A stretch of DNA of 64,000 nucleotides from Paraspadella gotoi (lineage: Eukaryota > Animalia > Chaetognatha). Shown piece after piece: positions 51,801 to 64,000 of the stretch. Position numbers and translations under genes: made by a program. Under the pieces are notes generated by a model. The model did no database searches and had not been told where the DNA came from. It was given only the letters and a program-made list of their open reading frames with translations. The stretch covers positions 8,084,606-8,148,605 of the forward strand of contig CM119266.1 of assembly GCA_051294375.1 (NCBI GenBank), written 5' to 3'. Each line of letters starts with the position of its first letter. Position 1 is the first letter of the stretch.

Positions 51801-53969
51801 ATCCCTTTCCCCAAATCTCTTCCCCTCCCCTCCCAAATCCCTATTCCCCAATCTTCATTTCCCCTCCCCTCTAAATCTCCCACGTCTCCTCCCCCATCCC
51901 CCAGGCCTGAACGACGGAAAAAAGTCTCCAAGATTTCCCTCGTACGATTGTGCGGGAAGCGAACGCATGCCAACGCCCACGCGCTCAGGGCACGCAGCTC
52001 AAGAGGAGCGCCAACATCAACAAGAGTCTGACGGACGCTGCGGAAAGTCATCTCGGCCGCTGGGGAGAGGGCCGCTCACATGAGTTCCTCCACTTCCGGT
52101 GAAGGGAATGTCGGGGGGTTATGGTTTTGGGGGGAGGACCGGATAGTCTTTTGGGATGCGAGGATTGAAGCCTGATAATCAGGCGGATATTTTTATGAAA
52201 GAAAAATTAAATCTATAATGTATATATGATGTACTTGTTACAAATGATGTGCAATGTACAATGTACAATGATAAACCGGTTTTAATTGGAGACGGCTGAA
52301 ACATGAGAAAACGACACCGTAGATCGAAAGGAGAACTTATGATTGATGAACTTTACTGACTTATTTGATTTGATGATTGATTGAGTTCGGACTTACTGAC
52401 AAAAGTGACAACTGACACAAAATTTTTCTTGCCGCATAGGACTCTTTGGCAACCAATGTTTAAAAAAATAAGTTTATTTTTTTAAATTCTATATTTTATA
52501 ACAATCAAACTCATTCATCTCTTCCAGGTAAGAAAGAAGAAAGAAGGCCTTCGTCCCTTTTCCGCACTCGGTCCTCACTTGGCTAGCTGAAGAGAAAATC
52601 TCGGCTGGGAATTCCTCAAGACTGCGATGATCGCCGCTTTGTCGCCGGCGGACATCAATTTCGCAGGAGACGCTTCTCGCCTTAGGTTGGATCGATGATT
52701 GATATGATTATAATTAGTTTTCTATTTTACTTCTCCTTATCTTTAAACTCGTATTATTTTGAGATACAAAAGGCGTTGCTACATTTAAACACATGTTTCA
52801 CGACATGACACAATCTCACTTTCTCTATCTTTCATCCTTCTGCAACAATAGCATTCTAACATTTACACTTACTTAGCGGATCAAATGCCCCCCCCATGTC
52901 ATAAATCAATAAAACGGTGTTACAAAACCGCTAAAAAAATTACTGCAATATGCAAATGAGCATTGTCACGCCTCATCTTCCCAGATACGCGGACCGGCAA
53001 GTAGATCGTCTGCAAGGCGCGTCGTCAAACGAGGATCCCAACGCGAAACTCGTTCCGGAAGTTAGAAGGAGGAAGTGACTCGACTGAGGGAACTCTCAAG
53101 GCGGAAGGTGAGGAGGGAGGGTGGAGGCGGGGATGGTCCCGAGGCCTTAGAACACTCAGGATTCCTAAAGACCTTCGGACAGTGATGAGGCATAGGCTCG
53201 GTGTCCGGTGGGATGATCCTGAGCGTCATCAGTCTTACTGAGTACATTGGCCCGTTGTTAAATTATGTCGTGATTTAGAGACTACTTTTAATCACCTTCT
53301 GACATCTAGGATCTCTATTAAATATATTCCTCGCTGACATTCTCTTGATCACACGCCTCTCAATTATAAATCACTCTGATCATCAACCTTTAATTTCAAT
53401 CTCTGTCAAGATTAAGTTTGGATCTCATTTTATCATATTATGGACGGGGAGGACATGTAGTGAAGCCTGGGGTGTGAGGCATCTCCCGACAGCTGGCGTC
53501 AGGGCTTTGGAACCTTGCAGTGCTCCCCCGGAATTCGAAAACAATCTCCCGTTGTTTCGGGCATTTGCTACAAGTTCACCCCGCCAATAAGCATGCAAAT
53601 CTTAGTCGTGACCTGTGCTGCTCATTAGGTACCGAGATCGATTCCAATAGGATCCGTGAGGACGCCTAAGACCGTCTTGAGGGACGTGTAAAAACCTTCA
53701 AGCCCAGTTCAAGGCTGTGAGAGGGGTAACGGAAGTTGTGGATAGTACTCTTCAGCCCACTTGGCGCCTTATCCAAAACGTGATTTCCTCTTCCAACATT
53801 TGTGATAACCAATCACCTGTGGACGCAACACTTCTGAAACTTGTTGCGTCCACACACCCCCTTTTTCTTTCCGAGGCGTTGACGTCAAACGACCTCTGAC
53901 CGTCATTCCCGTTCGCCGACGAAAGACGCCGACGATTCCGGCGGCGGCGGCGGCGGCGCCAACAAACGG
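48804..53969 (+). other. Indel-riddled duplicate of kinesin-3 exons 1-8 (probable uncorrected long-read copy, not a true pseudogene)
   Basis: Co-linear with 56477-61807 in both exons and introns. The differences are dominated by scattered 1-2 bp indels, and the copy ends at a 25-N gap. Confidence 0.8.
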
Positions 53970-54003
53970 TTTTTTTTTNNNNNNNNNNNNNNNNNNNNNN
54001 NNN

Positions 54004-54871
54004 CGCCAAGAAGAGCGTAGATCTCTTATATTTCAATCTAAAATTGCGGGAATCTCTCATTCCTTTCCCCCAAGCAATCTCGCAAGCAATCCCTTGACCT
54101 TTCCGCCCATCTGCACCTCTACGGTTCGATTCGAGGTCTAAAAATTTTTTCCCGGTTTTTATCTTCGAATTCGCGACGAAGAAATTTGTCTCGAAAAATA
54201 CGACGACGACGACGACGGACGACAATGAAAGAAAAGCCGCCTTTGAAGCGGACTCGGCCTTCGACGTTGTCAAGGGGGTAACGAGAAAAAAACCTAAACC
54301 AAACAAAGACAACAAACAACAACAAACAACATACATACTATAGGAACATTAACAATTTAACATCGACTTCTACATCTATCTTCATCAACCCATTTTCATT
54401 CCATCATTTCTCTTCGCAGCATTGACTGGCCACAGGCGTCAGTTTGAAGACGAGTTTCCACGCCGATCGCTTCGTGCCGCCACCACTGCGTCGGCAACTG
54501 CGTCGGAAACTGCATCGGCAACTGCGTCGGCAACTGCATGCAGTCGGGCCACCGCGTCGACTTTCGAACGTGACCGACGACTCTGAAATTCTCGCGAGAT
54601 TCCTTCGCGGATTGGGAAAGACTCGCCGCCGACTCTTCCTTCAAACTTAGAAAAGTTGAGACTTAATTTGTTAATTCCTTGTATATCTGTACTGTTTAAA
54701 TATGATGCATATGCAATTATGCATTACTAATTTTGCCGGTAGTTAGTATTGTTTTTTCCCTACATTTTGCAAAGTTGATGTTTATTTTATTACATTATTT
54801 AGTTTTATCCTTTTTGTGTTGTTTAGTGAACTTAGTTTAATCTTTATTGCTAAAGACAACTGATGATATAT

Positions 54872-54942
<71 letters not shown>

Positions 54943-55153
54943 TAGGCGTCCTGTCTTATTGTCCATCTCTCGGCGGATTTTCGATGGAATCAACGATATT
55001 TCCTGACCATTTTTTACGTCACATTGACTTCCGGTTAAAGCTTCAGCGACGCCCCGCCGCTGCCGACGCCGCCGCCGCCGTTGCAGCTGCCGGCGTCGGT
55101 TTCGACGACGACGCGACGCTTTTTTCCTCGGCCGACGTCACTCCGAAAATTGA
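54004..55153 (+). other. Indel-riddled duplicate of the last three AbfB exons (probable assembly artefact)
   Basis: Co-linear with 46423-47522 but with many small insertions that break the frames. It starts immediately after the 25-N gap. Confidence 0.8.
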
Positions 55154-55772
55154 GGGCGCGCGAAAAATATAAATACTGCAAGTTACAAGAATATCATTTA
55201 ACAAATTTTATAGTTTTGTTCGCGGATGTTCACGAAATCGAGAATATTGTAGTCCGAATAAATCATTATTCATTTGTATGTTAAACTCGTTGTCATGGTT
55301 TATTTTGAATCTTTATTGACTGTTTAATTAAAATTTTTAATTTTTTTAAATTTCTTTCATTTTTTTACTGGCAAAGTTGCTTTAGAATTTGATAAGTTTT
55401 ATTCCTTCTAATGCAATCATTTTATGTCAGTTGTTGCAGAGCTTGCTTCCAATGGTCGATGCTCTTTTTTTAACCATTCCGCCCCTGAAACGTTCATCTG
55501 CCGGAAATTAGAAGATAGAAGTAAAAAAAAACAAAAATGAAATTCGATTTTGATTTCTCGATTGACGTCATCGCCGGGCTGTCACGGTCAGGTGAAGGCA
55601 ACAGTATGGAGGCATCTCATTATAGAGAGCATCTACCGTCGTCGTAATAGTTTGTCGTCGTCATCATCATCAGGTAGTGCCATAGTTGTTTGCTTAAAAT
55701 CTCCGATTGTCGGGTTTTTTTTAAAAACGAAAAGAAATCTGTATTGGCCGGTTATGGCAGAAAGACTGAGCT

Positions 55773-55820
<48 letters not shown>

Positions 55821-55821
55821 C

Positions 55822-55857
<36 letters not shown>

Positions 55858-56476
55858 GACAGCTGTAAACAATTGCAACGGCGACCATCGGTGGGATTCT
55901 CCCTCTCATTCTCTCTCTCTCTCTCTCTTTCTGACTCTCGCTCCAACTCTTTTCCCCGAATGTCTCTCTCTGGCTGCATCGCATCGCAGGCAACAGCTTG
56001 TTATGACCTCCAGAAGGAATCGGTTCTCCCTCTCTATCTGCGTCGCCGTTCACCGGTGCGGGTTTTAATCCATTCCACCGATTCGATGAATCAACGAATG
56101 AACGAACCAACGAACAAATGAACGAAAACGATATATGAATGATATTAGAAAAAAAGTATGAACTTCAACTCGTAAAAATGTGAAGAAAAACTTATACTAA
56201 GAACGCGAAGCTTCTTCTTGCCAAAAAAAAAAAATATTGCATAACGAAACTTCAAAAGTAGATTAGGGGAAAAAAATAAACTCAAACAAAAGAGAAATTT
56301 TGAAAAAAAAGAAAAAAAAACAACTAGTCATCGGATTTAAAGTAGGAGAAGCGTCGCGACTCACGGTCGAAAGGAGTGGACAGTCGGACACGCCCCCGAA
56401 CGGAGAAATCCAATAAATGATAAACAAAGAATAAATAAATAATTAAATAAATAAATAAATAAATATTCTCGAAAAA

Positions 56477-62859
<6,383 letters not shown>

Positions 62860-64000
62860 GTGAGTGCACTATGGGGGCGTGGGGGGTGGAATGTTGGAAT
62901 AGGAGTGGAGTTGGGTGCTGTGAAAGATCTTTAGTTCATGGACTCGCTGTTAATTTAATCGGTGAGTAATCAATGCATATAATTTAAATGTCTTAAGCCT
63001 ATTAATGCGTTTAAGGTACAGGCTTATCTCTCGGGCTCTTTTGTTATTTTTTGCCTGTAACAAAAAAATCAAAATTATGTGGCCTTTGCTCAATCGCTGA
63101 ATAGGTAGGTAAGTATTAACTCAGTAGTGTCAAGGAACAAACAAATTAGCGAAATTTTTTTTGCTTTGGTCGATGAGAGAGAGAGAGAGATCGAGCTCGG
63201 GGAGCAGAGGGAGGAGAGGAACAGGCGTTGAGAGAGAGGAGGAGGGGAGCGCCATCAGGAGAGGGCGGAGACGAAGGGGACGTAGAAGAAATGAATGCAT
63301 GAGAGAGAAGGATGGGGAACAGGATGAAGCCGTGAGCGAGAGATAAGGGGCGGGGCGGGGGAGGAGCGAGGGGAAGGAGGGAGGGAGAGGCGAGAGGGAG
63401 TAGAGGCGAGGAACGAGGAGGATGGAGAGAAGGAGGAAGCTGGACGGGAGGGGGTGTCCAATGTGAGCGCGCCGAGAGTAGAAGATCGATCTGAGGAAGA
63501 TAAGGAGATGGAGAGAGACGCAATGAGGCACAAGCGAGGAGAAAGCCGAGAGAGATGGGTCGAGCGAGCCAAGGGGATCAGTGCGGGCGGAGCGAGAGCG
63601 GGGTCTTGAGGGATACTGGGAGACGCGAGAGGAGTAGGACACGACGGAGGAGCTGAAAGGCTGGAGATGAGGACGTCGCCTCCGAGAGCGGACGGGAGCC
63701 ACGGGCTAGAGGGGGGACTGAGGGCTGGGTATCGCGGGGCTGGCGTCACGATGTGCGGCTGGGGACGGGCAGAGCAGAAGAGCGATCGGCTTACTGCGGC
63801 GGACGGGACGTGTCCCAGCCCTCCAGGTGGAAGAGTGATATTGGATATGCGGAGTGCGCTGCCCTATCTGCGGGAGCGGACCTGAGAGAATACGGCGGCA
63901 GGAGAAGAGAATGGCTCTGATCGGAGGAGAGGAGAGAGAGAGATCGAGAGAGAGATTCATTTATTTCACAACGCTGGCTGCGAAATTTTTTGCTTGGTCA

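Noticed and set aside
48804-53969. Kinesin-3 pseudogene or paralogue
   Set aside because: The indel-dominated divergence is equal in introns and exons and complementary to the other copy, so an assembly artefact explains it better.
63130-63960. Several 120-190-aa Pro/Ser/Leu-rich minus-strand ORFs
   Set aside because: They come from low-complexity purine-rich sequence of doubtful quality with no recognisable domain.

Overview
Intron-containing eukaryotic genomic DNA, almost certainly from a ciliated invertebrate animal. It is AT-rich between genes, dense in (GA)n, (GAC)n and (CTTT)n microsatellites, and has six N-gaps. I reconstructed the genes by hand from splice signals and frame continuity. 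(1) A complete 10-exon, about 959-aa secreted protein (+, 1071-6287) with signal peptide, disordered His/Pro/Gln- and Thr-rich stalk, coiled coil and a C-terminal glycine-rich domain resembling those of phage tail fibres/bacterial proteins and ALK/LTK. (2) The 5' about 1,030 codons (21 exons) of HYDIN (-, 16597-8638), which stops abruptly and includes a GC-AG intron and a TTAA-flanked MITE. (3) A complete DNAL4 (-, 19982-18532). HYDIN and DNAL4 both have X-box-like motifs upstream. (4) About 19 kb without recognisable exons, carrying a 5-copy about 100-bp repeat. (5) A possible orphan gene with an Arg/Cys-rich start (+, 39434-40682). (6) A gene ending in a three-repeat AbfB/CBM42 beta-trefoil (+, last exons 45110-47522). 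(7) A kinesin-3 KIF1/unc-104 gene (+, from 56477, running off the window). The apparent 7.6-kb tandem duplication of the AbfB-3'/kinesin-5' block across a 25-N gap is most likely an assembly artefact. The best candidates for novel biology are the secreted coiled-coil plus Gly-rich-domain protein and the AbfB/CBM42 lectin-domain protein. Family assignments come from remembered motifs; no database search was run.
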